A stretch of DNA of 64,000 nucleotides from Spirochaetia bacterium (GTDB lineage: Bacteria; Spirochaetota; Spirochaetia; SZUA-6; Bin103), in NCBI GenBank assembly GCA_965208575.1, contig CBDBOV010000005.1, forward strand, positions 736,001 to 800,000. Direction: 5' to 3'. Below are positions 27,013 through 37,206 of this stretch, piece after piece. Both the position numbers and the translations under genes were made by a program. Each line of letters begins with the position of its first letter. Positions within the stretch are counted from its first letter, which is position 1. The notes below the pieces were generated by a model, which was not told the DNA's origin, did not search any database, and saw only the letters and a list, made by a program, of their open reading frames with translations.

Positions 27013-27869
27013 ACAGGTCCGGCGGCGGCCGCCGGGCGAACGGCGCCCGCGAGCGGACACTGCTGGCCCGGCTATGTGAACTGCACCCGGAGCCGGGGCG
27101 CGAGCATTGGTACGCGGCGGTGTTGTGCGGGGAGGTGCGCGTCGACGGCGAACGGGTACGGGATCCGCGGCGCATGGTGACCGACGCATCCGCCGTGGCG
27201 GTGCAGCCCGAGCCGCCGCTGGCCTCGCGCGCGGGCTACAAGCTGCTCCATGCGCTCGAGCGGTTCCGCGTGCCGGTGGCCGGCAAGGTGGTGCTCGATG
27301 CCGGTTCCGCGACCGGCGGGTTCACCGACTGCCTGCTGCGGCGCGGCGCGCGCCACGTGCATTGTGTCGACGTCGCATACGGGGCGCTTGCCTATCGTCT
27401 GCGCAGCGATTCCCGCACCAGCGTTCACGAGCGCACCAACGTGATGCATCTGCACTCCGGCAGTCTGCGGCCGCAGCCGGACGGCGCCGTGTGCGACCTG
27501 TCGTTCCGGTCCCTGCGCGGCGCGGCTGCCCGGCTGCTCGATCTCACCCGCGAGGGCTGGCTGGTTGCGCTCGTCAAGCCGCAATTCGAGTGGCGTGCCG
27601 CGACCGGGCGGGCACACGGCGGTGGGGCGCGGCGGTTCGACGGACTGGTACGGGGAGCCGATGCGATCGCGGCCGTGTTCCGCGCACTGCAGGCCGACCT
27701 GGCGGTGGAAGGAGTCGAGATCAGGCGCTGCACGCCGGCCCCGCTGCCCGGCCGGCGCGGCAACCGGGAGGTGCTGGCGCTGCTCACCGCCGCGCGCTCG
27801 GTACCGGCCGGGGTGTCCGACCTGGCGGACACGGTCGATACCCTGCGCAAGGAGCTGGAGCGCTACTGA
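27009..27869 (+). CDS. tlyA: TlyA-family rRNA (cytidine-2'-O)-methyltransferase
   Basis: S4-like N-terminus, SRAGYKL, LDAGSATGGFTDCLL, DLSFRSL, LVKPQFE, GNRE. Confidence 0.93.
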   Translation: MNRSGGGRRANGARERTLLARLCELHPEPGREHWYAAVLCGEVRVDGERVRDPRRMVTDASAVAVQPEPPLASRAGYKLLHALERFRVPVAGKVVLDAGSATGGFTDCLLRRGARHVHCVDVAYGALAYRLRSDSRTSVHERTNVMHLHSGSLRPQPDGAVCDLSFRSLRGAAARLLDLTREGWLVALVKPQFEWRAATGRAHGGGARRFDGLVRGADAIAAVFRALQADLAVEGVEIRRCTPAPLPGRRGNREVLALLTAARSVPAGVSDLADTVDTLRKELERY

Positions 27870-28939
27870 AACGCCTCGCGGCCGATTGGCTCGCCGACGA
27901 AGGCGCCCTCGGAGCCGAGATAGTCTATGCGTCGGCCGTCGATCAGGATCTGGACCTGCTCGACGTTGGGAAACTGCGTGGCGGAGTACACCACCTGCTG
28001 AAGCTGAATGTCGAGTCCTTCGCGGCCGAGCCGGTTGAAGCGAAAGCTCTCGCTGACGTCGACGTAAGCGATGCGTTCGCGGATGTAGACCCGGTTCAGG
28101 GTGACCGCCGGCGGAATGAGCGTGATCAGGCCGCGGCCTGATTCGCCCGCGTCCGGGCCGGCGAGCAGCGTGGCCAGCGTCTCGGTCAGGGGGGCGGCCG
28201 AGTCAGCCGCCGAGCGGGTGACGCCGGTGAGGGCGATGCCGCCGGCCGAGTCCACCGACGCAAAGTAGACGCGATGCTGCCGTGCGGCCGGCCGCGCGGC
28301 CGGGTTGGCCGCCGGCGCCCGCGGCGCTGCTTGACGGGGGGCTTCCTGACGAACGGCGGCGGCGGGAGCGGGTGGCGCCGGCTGCGGCGCCGCGGTCTCC
28401 GGCGCCTCAACCGGCGCCTCGGCAGGGGCGGGCGCGGCTGCGGGCGCGGGCGCGGTGTCGATGGCTGGCGGTGCGGCATCCGGTGCCGCCTCGACGCGCG
28501 GCGCGACCGGCGCCGGCTGCCGGTCCGCGCCTGCTTCCGGGGCGGTCGGCGGCGCATCCGGCGAGGTGCGCGGCGCCGGGCCGGCGACCGGGGCCGGGTA
28601 GACCGGCGGCAGCGGCGAGGGCTGTTCCCGGCCGGCGGCGCTGTCCATCCGGCGCTGCAGTACCTCGACCAGCTCGGTGCGTTCCATCACGTCGCGAATC
28701 GCGACCCGGTTGATCAGGAATACGGTCAGCACCAGCAGCACGACCGCCGTCCCGAACAGGTATCCCACCGACACGCGCGGCGCGGCGGTGCGCGTGCGCC
28801 CGCGCCCGCTCCGGCGGGAGCCGGCGCGGGCGGCACGGCGCCGTGGTGCGCCGCGGCGCCGCCCACGCGAACGGTATCGCTTGGCGCTGCGCGGCGCAGT
28901 GCGCGCCGCGGTGCGCGAGCCGGTGCGCTTCGTTGCCAT
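27863..28939 (-). CDS. GerMN-domain membrane-anchored protein
   Basis: Basic N-terminus, one TM, Pro/Ala linker; C-terminal LLAGP...LIP...AYVDVS...QVVYSATQFPNVEQVQILIDG. Confidence 0.88.
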   Translation of the reverse strand: MATKRTGSRTAARTAPRSAKRYRSRGRRRGAPRRRAARAGSRRSGRGRTRTAAPRVSVGYLFGTAVVLLVLTVFLINRVAIRDVMERTELVEVLQRRMDSAAGREQPSPLPPVYPAPVAGPAPRTSPDAPPTAPEAGADRQPAPVAPRVEAAPDAAPPAIDTAPAPAAAPAPAEAPVEAPETAAPQPAPPAPAAAVRQEAPRQAAPRAPAANPAARPAARQHRVYFASVDSAGGIALTGVTRSAADSAAPLTETLATLLAGPDAGESGRGLITLIPPAVTLNRVYIRERIAYVDVSESFRFNRLGREGLDIQLQQVVYSATQFPNVEQVQILIDGRRIDYLGSEGAFVGEPIGREAFQ

Positions 28940-29074
28940 AGGCGTTCATTGTTAGCATCGGCAGCGGGTGGGGATACGTTGATCGGGGCGCCGCTTCGAA
29001 TCGCACCCGGCACCGACGCGGGCCGGCTCCATTGACCAGGAGCGGCGGTCCGTGGTGGGCTGGCATGCAACGCC

Positions 29075-30418
29075 ATGGCAGCGACCGTACCCCTCCTCAC
29101 CATCGTCGGCCGGCCGAACGTGGGCAAGTCCACGTTGTTCAATCGCCTGCTCGCGCGCCGTCGCGCCATCACCGCGGCCACGCCGGGCGTCACGCGCGAC
29201 GTGGTGGAGGAGGACTTCACGCTTGCCGGCATGCGTCTGCGCCTGCTGGACACCGGCGGTATAGGCGACGATGCGGGCGAATTCGGCGCGGCCGTGGCCG
29301 AGCGCGCCATGGCTGCCACCGACGGCGCCGCGGCAATCATGCTGGTGGTGGAAGCGGGCGCCGTCACGGCGGAAGACGAGCGGCTGGCCGACAGCCTGCG
29401 CGCCGCGAGCGACCGCGTGGTGGTGGTGGTGAACAAGGTGGATCATCCGGGGCGGGAGGCGGAAACTTGGGACTTTCATCGGCTCGGGTACGAGACGGTG
29501 ATCGGGGTGTCGGCCGCCCATGGCCGCAATGTCGCCGCCCTGCAGGAAGAGCTGGCGCGCCGCGTGCGGCGCGGGCGAGCGCGGCAGACCGTCGCCGAGC
29601 AGGCGCAGGACGCGACACCGGTGATCCGCCTGGTGATCGGCGGCAAACCCAACACCGGCAAGTCCACGCTGCTCAACCGGCTGCTCGGCGAGCAGCGCGC
29701 GCTGGTCAGCGCCACGCCGGGCACCACGCGCGACCCGCTGTCCGGGCGCCTCGCGCACGCCGGCGCTCAAATCGAGTTGATCGACACGGCGGGGATGCGC
29801 CGCCGCACCAAGGTACAGGACGCGGTGGAGTACTACGCCGTGAACCGCGGGGCGGCGGCGCTGGCGGATGCCGACGTGGCCGTGCTGCTGGTGGACGCGC
29901 GTGAGGGACTGGCGGAGCAGGACAAGCGAATCGCGGCCATCGCGATACGGCGCGGCGTTGCCGTGCTGATCGGGCTGAGCAAGTGGGACCTGCTTGCCGA
30001 CCGGCCGAACCTGCTGGCCGCGATGGTGGATCGCATCCGGTTTCAGTTCCCGCTGCTCCACTTCGCGCCGGTGGTACCGCTGTCGGGCCACACCGGCTTC
30101 GGGGTGGACGGCATGCTCTCCAAGGCAGTCGAGCTGCACCGGCAGCTCAGCCTCACCATCCCCACCGGGAAGCTCAACCAGGCGATCGCACGGTGGGCAC
30201 GCGAGTACGTCCCGACCTCCCGCGGGCGCGAGATCCGCGTACGGTACGCCACCCAGACCGGGACCAACCCGGTTCGATTCGTGTGCTTTCTCAACCGTGC
30301 GCGCGGCGCCGGCGCCGCCTATCGCCGGTTCCTGGAAAACCGCATCCGGCGCGAACTGGGTTTCTCCGAGGTGCCGCTGACCGTGGAGTTCCGCACCGAC
30401 GCGCCGCGGTCCCGTTGA
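29075..30418 (+). CDS. der: Ribosome biogenesis GTPase Der (EngA)
   Basis: Two G domains (GRPNVGKSTLFN/DTGG/NKVD and GKPNTGKSTLLN/DTAG/SKWD) plus KH-like tail (YRRFLENRIR). Confidence 0.97.
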   Translation: MAATVPLLTIVGRPNVGKSTLFNRLLARRRAITAATPGVTRDVVEEDFTLAGMRLRLLDTGGIGDDAGEFGAAVAERAMAATDGAAAIMLVVEAGAVTAEDERLADSLRAASDRVVVVVNKVDHPGREAETWDFHRLGYETVIGVSAAHGRNVAALQEELARRVRRGRARQTVAEQAQDATPVIRLVIGGKPNTGKSTLLNRLLGEQRALVSATPGTTRDPLSGRLAHAGAQIELIDTAGMRRRTKVQDAVEYYAVNRGAAALADADVAVLLVDAREGLAEQDKRIAAIAIRRGVAVLIGLSKWDLLADRPNLLAAMVDRIRFQFPLLHFAPVVPLSGHTGFGVDGMLSKAVELHRQLSLTIPTGKLNQAIARWAREYVPTSRGREIRVRYATQTGTNPVRFVCFLNRARGAGAAYRRFLENRIRRELGFSEVPLTVEFRTDAPRSR

Positions 30419-30607
30419 GTTGCGCCGCCGGCCGCGCCGCCCTACAGCATCGACTCCCACCTGCCGTTACTAGGATCGACGACCACACGCTGTCTGACTG
30501 AAGGATCGGCCGGCCCGCCGGGCGGTCCTACGGCGGTGGCCGCGGCGCCGTAGCGCGTCGCGCCGCCGGCGCGGTTCGTTGCAGCGCTGGCGACTGGGAG
30601 GAGAGGG

Positions 30608-33600
30608 TTGTGTTGCCGATCGGGCGGCACGGCTGTAAAGATCGTGCGGTTCACTGAAAATCGGTCCGCGTATTGTCGCTCCGGCGTGCCGCTGCGGCTG
30701 GCCCGGCGGCTCTGGCTTGCCGCGCTGGTGGCGGCGGTTGCCCTGCCTGTCACCGCCGCGAGCGCCGAGCGAGACCTGTTCAACGAAGCGGAACGCCGGT
30801 TCCGCGGCGGCAACTACGAGTTCGCGCTGGAAGCCTACGAGGAGTTCCTGGAGCGCTTTCCGCTGTCGGAGCTGAGCGCCGACGCCGCCTACCGTGCCGG
30901 CGTCGCGCAGACCCAGCTTGGGCGTTACCGCGATGCGGTAGACACGTTCGAACAGGTGCAACTGCGCCATCGCAGCACCCGGTTCCTCCCGTTCGTCAAC
31001 TTCTGGGCAGGAGTGGCGCTCTACGAGATGGAGCGCTACGACCGTGCGTCGGCGAGTCTGAGGGCGTTCGTGAACGAGAATCCCGATGCCGGCATCGTGC
31101 CGCGGGCGCTGCTCTACCTGGGCCTTGCCAATGTGTCGCTCGACGACCTGACCGGCGCCGCCGATGCGCTTGAGCAACTGCGCACGGTTCCGGAAGACTC
31201 CGAGTCGACCGCGTTCGGCGTTGTCCTGCTCGGTTACGTCTACGCCTTGCAGGGGCGCTACGTGCAGATGTTGCTGCTGACCGAGGACTATCCGCCGGAG
31301 TCGATGGACGACCGCTGGCGCGCCGAATACCTCGCTTACCGCGCCGAGGCGTACTGGCAGCTTGAGCAGTATCCGGAGGCGCAGGCCGACTACGCCGCGA
31401 TCGTCGATTCGCCGACGGTAGACGACAGCATCGCCTCGGTGGCCCTGCGGCGGCTGTTCATCGCTGCCGAGCGCAACGGCGACTTCGACCTGATGGACTC
31501 GGTTACCCTGCGCGCCGAGCTGCGCTTTCGCGAATCCCCCGAACAGCTGGCCAATTTCTGGTTGCGCCTGGGGATAGAGAATTACCGGCGGGGCAGCATC
31601 GACCTGGCGCGTTTCTTTCTGAAGCGGTCTGCCGAGCTGGGCGCCGAGAGCGAAGTGGGCAACGCGGCGGTTCTCTACCTGGCCGAGACCTACCTGAGCG
31701 GCTCCGATCCGGACGGGATACGGGAAGCAACGAGGGTGTTGACCAGCCAACAGGAGCTCTCCACCGGCAATCCGTGGCAGGTTTCCCTGCGCCTCGGCGA
31801 CGTGATGGTGCGGCAGGGCGACTTCGCCGGCGCCATCGCCCAGTACGAAAGCTTCATCCGCGCCATGAGCGAAGATCCGGATGCCAACCCGGCAGAGATC
31901 GAGCAGGCGCGTTACCTGCTCGCGTACGCGATGTACCGCGAAGGCCGTTACGACGAAGCGCTGCGGCAGGTGCGGCAGATAGACTCCGAGCCGGCGAGCG
32001 GAGGCCCGCTCGGCGAGTTGCGCCGTCTCGAGACCGTCCTGCTGTCGCGCACCGGAGACACCGCCGCCGCCGAGCGCAGCGCGCGCAACTACGTGGACCG
32101 GTTCCCGGACGACATCTCCGCGCGCGTTGACCACATGCGGCTTCTGTACCGGCTCGAGTCGTGGCAGGAACTGCTGGTCTCCGCCGCCGCGCTCGGCGAG
32201 AGAGTTCCCGATCTTCGCGTCCGCTCGCCGAAGGCATTCGTGCTCACCGCCTATCTGAAGGGGCTCGCGCACGTGGCGCGCGGCGAGCCGGGCGCGGCCG
32301 CGGATGCGCTCGCCGCGGTGACCGCCGATCTTGCCGAGCGTCAGGGCCTCGGCGACATCGTGCCGTACGCGCTCTACTACCGTGCCGCCTCCCACTATCG
32401 GCAAGGCTCGTATTCCACCGCGAGCGTGTTGCTCGCCGAGCTGGAGGACCAGTTCCGGGGACACGAACTGGAGTCTCGCGCCGCGTTCCTTGCCGGACAG
32501 TCGGCGTTCAGCACCGGTTCATACCTGGAAGCGGCGGCGGCGTTCAGCCGCGCCGCCGACAGCAACCATCCGCGCGCCGCGCGCGCCGGCCTGTTCGCCG
32601 GCCGCAGCCTTGCCAACAGCGGCGACCTGGGCGGCGCGGAGCGGCAGTATCGCAACGTCGCGGCGCGCTTTGGGCAGGCGCCGGAGGCCGCGGACGCGAC
32701 CTTCGAGCTGGCCGGAGTGCTGGCGCTCGGCGGCCACCTGGAGGCGGCCACCCGCGCATACGGGGACGTGATGTTCAAGCACTCCGCGAGTGCGCTGGCG
32801 GAAGACGCGGCATTCCGCCGAGCCGAACTCCTGCTGGAGCAGGATTCGACCGGCGCCGCCCGAGACGCGTTTGCCGCCTACCGCACGGAGTATCCCGACG
32901 GCCGGTTTCGGGACGGTGCGCTCTACTGGGGCGGTGTAGCGGCCAACCGGGCGGGTGAACCGTTGCGTGCGATTCTGCTCTGGGAGTTGCTGATCGACGA
33001 GTTCGAGGACAGCACCTTCCGTGCCAACGCGCTCCTGCAGGTGGCCGAAGGGTACGCGGAGCAGTCCGAATACCAGCCGGCGGTTGCCTACCTCACCGAG
33101 CTGGTCGGCAGGTACGGCACCGAGCCGATCGGCAAGCTGGGCGCGGCGCGCCTTGAGGAGATGCGCTTGATAGCGTCCGGCGTGGACGAGGAAGAGGCGT
33201 CGCTGATGGCGGTGATCGGCGCCGGCGGAGTCGACACCCGCGAGGGCCGGGACGCGATGCTGGAGTTGGCGCGCATCTACGTCATCGACGTGGACCAGCC
33301 GCGCGCGCTGGCGCTCGCGATGCTCACCGACGTCGCCGGATACCGCCGCGACAAGGAGACGGCCGCCGAGGCCGAGTACCTGTTGGGCGAGTACCACCGC
33401 CGCACCGGCGAACTGGGGATGGCAATCGATCACTTTCTGGAGGCCGGCGTATTGGCGGAAACCGACCGGGAACTGATAGCGCGCTCGATGCTGCGCGCCG
33501 CCGAACTGCTTGAGCAGACCGGCAGGCGCCGTGAAGCCGCCACCCTGGTGCAGCGGCTGCAGGAGCAGTTCGCCGGTACCGACTGGGCGAAACGCGGAAC

Positions 33601-33616
33601 GGAGCTGCTTCGATGA
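30608..33616 (+). CDS. Large exported tetratricopeptide-repeat protein (BamD/CpoB-like repeats)
   Basis: Signal-peptide-like segment (LWLAALVAAVALPVTAASA); repeated Y..FLERFP.S, ALYWGG, AEYLLG TPR units over ~1000 aa; start uncertain. Confidence 0.88.
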   Translation: MCCRSGGTAVKIVRFTENRSAYCRSGVPLRLARRLWLAALVAAVALPVTAASAERDLFNEAERRFRGGNYEFALEAYEEFLERFPLSELSADAAYRAGVAQTQLGRYRDAVDTFEQVQLRHRSTRFLPFVNFWAGVALYEMERYDRASASLRAFVNENPDAGIVPRALLYLGLANVSLDDLTGAADALEQLRTVPEDSESTAFGVVLLGYVYALQGRYVQMLLLTEDYPPESMDDRWRAEYLAYRAEAYWQLEQYPEAQADYAAIVDSPTVDDSIASVALRRLFIAAERNGDFDLMDSVTLRAELRFRESPEQLANFWLRLGIENYRRGSIDLARFFLKRSAELGAESEVGNAAVLYLAETYLSGSDPDGIREATRVLTSQQELSTGNPWQVSLRLGDVMVRQGDFAGAIAQYESFIRAMSEDPDANPAEIEQARYLLAYAMYREGRYDEALRQVRQIDSEPASGGPLGELRRLETVLLSRTGDTAAAERSARNYVDRFPDDISARVDHMRLLYRLESWQELLVSAAALGERVPDLRVRSPKAFVLTAYLKGLAHVARGEPGAAADALAAVTADLAERQGLGDIVPYALYYRAASHYRQGSYSTASVLLAELEDQFRGHELESRAAFLAGQSAFSTGSYLEAAAAFSRAADSNHPRAARAGLFAGRSLANSGDLGGAERQYRNVAARFGQAPEAADATFELAGVLALGGHLEAATRAYGDVMFKHSASALAEDAAFRRAELLLEQDSTGAARDAFAAYRTEYPDGRFRDGALYWGGVAANRAGEPLRAILLWELLIDEFEDSTFRANALLQVAEGYAEQSEYQPAVAYLTELVGRYGTEPIGKLGAARLEEMRLIASGVDEEEASLMAVIGAGGVDTREGRDAMLELARIYVIDVDQPRALALAMLTDVAGYRRDKETAAEAEYLLGEYHRRTGELGMAIDHFLEAGVLAETDRELIARSMLRAAELLEQTGRRREAATLVQRLQEQFAGTDWAKRGTELLR

Positions 33617-35388
33617 GGTTGAGCACGATGGTGCGGAGAACAGGGAGCAGCCGGATCGTGGGCGGCGTGCTGGCATGGTTGGTGTTCGCGGGCGCTCCGC
33701 TGACCGAGGTGTGGGGTCAGCAGGATGTCGACGAGGTGGACGATGGCGACATTGTCCTGCCCACCGTCATTCTGGAGTTGGACGAACCCGCATCGGGCGG
33801 GCTCGAGGTCGCCCTGCCGATCGACATCCAGGTGCTGGCGCCGGAACGGTGGCCGCCGTTGCCGGAGGCGGGAGACCTGGACATCGACCTGAGAACGGCG
33901 GTGGCGGCACCCGACATCGACCTGGTGCCGTCCGCGGGCGACGACCCCGGCCACACCCTGGTGGCGGAGACGTTCGTCAGCATCGGCACTACCGTAGGCG
34001 GAGAGGAAACGACGCCGGGGCTGCCGCTGGCGCACTTCTCCAGCGGACTGTCGCTGATCGGCACCGGCCCGAGCAGTGACTTCTCGCTGTCGTTCGAGCA
34101 CCGCCTGCGTGACGGGGTCCGCGGCCAGATCAGTGCCGGCGAGGGCGCCAAGCTGCAGCGCTACGAACTGGACGGATCGGTGGGTCTGTCGGTCGGCGAG
34201 GGCGAGTTGAACGCCGATGCCAACGTCGTGAACGCCGAACATGGCTTCCAGGGTATGGACGAGGGAGTCGACCCGAGCGAGCGGCGCGACTCCGCAGAGT
34301 CCCAGATCGTGGCGGCCGGCGCCAACCTGCGCGTGCCGCTCGGCGGTCAGGTGGCGCTGATCCCGGCGCTGAGTGCACGCGCGGACGCGACCACGCTGAC
34401 CGGCAAGGAGCCGGTCACCCATTCCGAGCTGCAGGCTTCGCCGGAACTCGCCGTGGAGTGGAACACGTCGCTCGTGGACCTGTTGTTCAGCGCGCGCTAC
34501 CTGTTGCGCCGCTACACCGGACCCGACCAGTATCCGGGCTCCGAGACGGAGGAACGGCTGCGCCACACCGGCAACGCCGACCTCACCGGCCGCATCGAGC
34601 TCGGCGCGCAGATCGGTCTCGAACTGGCGCTCGGCTGGGCGTACCGCAGCGACCACGGCGACGAAGACGAGTTCGGCGGCCACCGCTTCGTGCCGCAGGC
34701 GACGATCAGCGGGACTCCCGCTTCGTGGTTCACGTTCCGACTCTCCGGCGGGTTCGAGGTACGCGAATTCGGCCTGGCCTCGGTTACGCACCGGTATCCC
34801 TACGTCGAGCCTGGCGCCGTGGTGGACGACGACGGCTGGTTCGGCTACGCGCGCGCCCAGTTCGGACTCGGCGAGCTCACCGGCTTGTCGGAGTTCACCG
34901 TGGCGGCATCTACCCGCCTGCAGGGGCTGTCCGCGCCCATCGTGCCGGACCCGGAGCCGAACGCGCGCAACCTGTACAACTTCACGCAGCCGCGCGACAC
35001 GGTGCTCATGAGCATCGTGCCGGGCCTCGGTCTCGGGCTGGGCTTCGGCGACACGCTGCACGTGCGAGCGCAGGTGAGCGGCGAGGTCGGGCACGAGTAC
35101 CTGCAGGCGGTCAACTTTCCCGTCCGGCTGCGCTCGGAGTTCGAGGTTGAAGCGCTCACCAGTGGCGGCGGACTCGGGATCCGGGTCGGTGCGGCGATGG
35201 ACTATATCGAGGAACTGGGCGGACAACTGCCGGAGCTCCAGGTCGAAGGACTGTGGCAGCAGGGCGCCGCGACCGTGACGGCAACGCTGTCCGACGTGCT
35301 GGAGCTGTTCGACGGGCCGCGCAAGGACTGGGAACCCTATCTGCGACCCGGCTTCGGCGCCGCGGTGCAGGTACACCTGGCGTTATGA
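33613..35388 (+). CDS. Putative outer-membrane beta-barrel protein (small TonB-dependent-receptor-like)
   Basis: Signal peptide, acidic N-terminus with DIVLPTVIL, amphipathic beta-strands, terminal strand GFGAAVQVHLAL; lies between TPR and exbB. Confidence 0.65.
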   Translation: MRLSTMVRRTGSSRIVGGVLAWLVFAGAPLTEVWGQQDVDEVDDGDIVLPTVILELDEPASGGLEVALPIDIQVLAPERWPPLPEAGDLDIDLRTAVAAPDIDLVPSAGDDPGHTLVAETFVSIGTTVGGEETTPGLPLAHFSSGLSLIGTGPSSDFSLSFEHRLRDGVRGQISAGEGAKLQRYELDGSVGLSVGEGELNADANVVNAEHGFQGMDEGVDPSERRDSAESQIVAAGANLRVPLGGQVALIPALSARADATTLTGKEPVTHSELQASPELAVEWNTSLVDLLFSARYLLRRYTGPDQYPGSETEERLRHTGNADLTGRIELGAQIGLELALGWAYRSDHGDEDEFGGHRFVPQATISGTPASWFTFRLSGGFEVREFGLASVTHRYPYVEPGAVVDDDGWFGYARAQFGLGELTGLSEFTVAASTRLQGLSAPIVPDPEPNARNLYNFTQPRDTVLMSIVPGLGLGLGFGDTLHVRAQVSGEVGHEYLQAVNFPVRLRSEFEVEALTSGGGLGIRVGAAMDYIEELGGQLPELQVEGLWQQGAATVTATLSDVLELFDGPRKDWEPYLRPGFGAAVQVHLAL

Positions 35389-35524
35389 CGCCTTTTGTCA
35401 TGACGCCGTTGCGCGGCGGCGCCGTGCGCGCGGCTGCGCGGCGGTGCGGAAAAAACGGACCGCAGTTCCAGGAACGTTGTAGAACGGAGCCGAAGCGACC
35501 GAGCATTGAGGTGGAGGTCACATA

Positions 35525-36778
35525 GTGGTGGAAGGCATTTTTACGGAAGGCGCGGTACTGGAGTTCATCCAACTGCAACTGTTCGAGAAGGGCGGCCTGG
35601 TGATGCTGTTGATCGGCGTGCTGTCGATCATTGCCGCCGTCATCGTGATCGAGCGGCTGCTCTACTTCCGGGGGCGCGGCGCCGATGAGGAGAAACTCCT
35701 CAAGGGGCTGTCGGACACGCTTGAGAAGGGCCTCCTCGACCAGGCGAAGGGCGTCTGCGACCAGTTCCATACGCCGCTTGCGTCGCTGATTTCGGCCGGT
35801 ATCGCGCGCATCCACGAGCGCACGGAATCTGCGAAGGAGTTGCGCGAATATCTCCTGGAGACCGCAAGCCTGGAGATTCCGAAGGAGGAGCGATTTCTCT
35901 CCGCGCTCGGCACCATCGCCCACATCGCGCCCCTGCTGGGGTTGCTCGGTACGGTCACCGGCAACATCCGCGCGTTCGGCGTGCTCGGCGAACTCGGTGC
36001 GATAACCGATCCCGCGCTGCTGTCGCGCGGCATCTCGGAGGCGCTGTTGACCACGGCGGCCGGAATCATCGTGTCGATTCCCGCCATCATCTTCTACAAC
36101 TTCCTGGTCAACAAGGTGAACCACCGCATCATTCGGCTGGAGAGTCGTGCCGCCGAATTGGCGTCGCTGCTGATTGCCGCGAACAAGGCCGCCGGTTCGG
36201 TGTCGCGGGCGACCCACGATGGCAATGGTGCGTTCCATGGGACAACGGCATCCGCGGAGCCGAACGGCGCGCCGCCGCACGCTCCGGCCGCCGCCACGGT
36301 GGTCGAACATGCGCCCGCGCGCATCGCGCCCGTGCCCGTGCCCGCGCCCGCCGCCCCGGCGCAGGGCCATCCCGGCATGGTTCCCATCGTTGCCTCCGCC
36401 ATGACCGCGCCGGTCGGGGCGGCGCGGCCCGTACAGCCGACACAACAGGCACAACTGGCACAGCCGGCACAACCGGCACAGCCCGCACAGCCGGCACTGT
36501 CCCGGCCCGAACCGGCGCTGCACGTGCCGCCGGCGATGTCGCCCCAGGCAGGCCTGGCGCCACAACCGGCGCCGGCCTATGCGGTGCCGTCGCCGGTCGC
36601 CTCCGGCCACATCGGTGTGGTGGCTCCCACCCCGGCGCCGAACCACGTTGAGGCCGGGCCGGCACCCGCCGCGCCGGGCGTGCCGGGTCAGTTCGATGCG
36701 GTGGCGACCCACGGGCACGCGGTTCCGACGCGCGTCGTAGCGTTTCCGGCTCAAGTCGAGGCAGTGCCGGCGACATGA
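35525..36778 (+). CDS. MotA/TolQ/ExbB proton-channel protein with long Pro/Ala-rich C-terminal tail
   Basis: LGTIAHIAPLLGLLGTVTG, GISEALLTTAAGIIVSIP. Confidence 0.95.
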   Translation: MVEGIFTEGAVLEFIQLQLFEKGGLVMLLIGVLSIIAAVIVIERLLYFRGRGADEEKLLKGLSDTLEKGLLDQAKGVCDQFHTPLASLISAGIARIHERTESAKELREYLLETASLEIPKEERFLSALGTIAHIAPLLGLLGTVTGNIRAFGVLGELGAITDPALLSRGISEALLTTAAGIIVSIPAIIFYNFLVNKVNHRIIRLESRAAELASLLIAANKAAGSVSRATHDGNGAFHGTTASAEPNGAPPHAPAAATVVEHAPARIAPVPVPAPAAPAQGHPGMVPIVASAMTAPVGAARPVQPTQQAQLAQPAQPAQPAQPALSRPEPALHVPPAMSPQAGLAPQPAPAYAVPSPVASGHIGVVAPTPAPNHVEAGPAPAAPGVPGQFDAVATHGHAVPTRVVAFPAQVEAVPAT

Positions 36779-37206
36779 AGGAGCGGCGCGGCCTGAAGCC
36801 GCAGACCAGCGTGAACCTGATTCCGATGATCGACGTGGTGTTCCAGCTCGTGATCTTCTTCATGGTCTCCACCACCTTCAAGGTGGTACCCGGCATCGAA
36901 CTCGATCTGCCGGAGTCGCGCACGGCGGAGGCGGTTACGCTTACGCCGCTGGTGCTCTCCGTGGGCGGCCGCGACGAGATCTACGTCAACGACCTGGAGG
37001 TTACCCTCGGCGGCCTGGAAGGAGCACTGCGTGACGTCGTGGGCGGCGAACGCCCGCGGCCGAGCGAGCATCCGGTGATCGTGGAGGGGGACTCTTCGGT
37101 GCCCTACGACCTGATGGTGGATGTGCTTGACGTGTTGCGCGTGCTCGGCTTCGACGCCGCCAGCCTGCGCACCCGGGATCCGAACGCGCCCCGGTCCGGG
37201 GGGTAA
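36775..37206 (+). CDS. ExbD/TolR biopolymer transport protein
   Basis: NLIPMIDVVFQLVIFFMV, IVEGD..VPY..MVDVLD. Confidence 0.95.
   Translation: MKERRGLKPQTSVNLIPMIDVVFQLVIFFMVSTTFKVVPGIELDLPESRTAEAVTLTPLVLSVGGRDEIYVNDLEVTLGGLEGALRDVVGGERPRPSEHPVIVEGDSSVPYDLMVDVLDVLRVLGFDAASLRTRDPNAPRSGG

Noticed and set aside
30419-30607. der-TPR spacer as a cobalamin riboswitch or Fur box for the Ton operon
   Set aside because: No B12-box or Fur-like AT-rich palindrome seen
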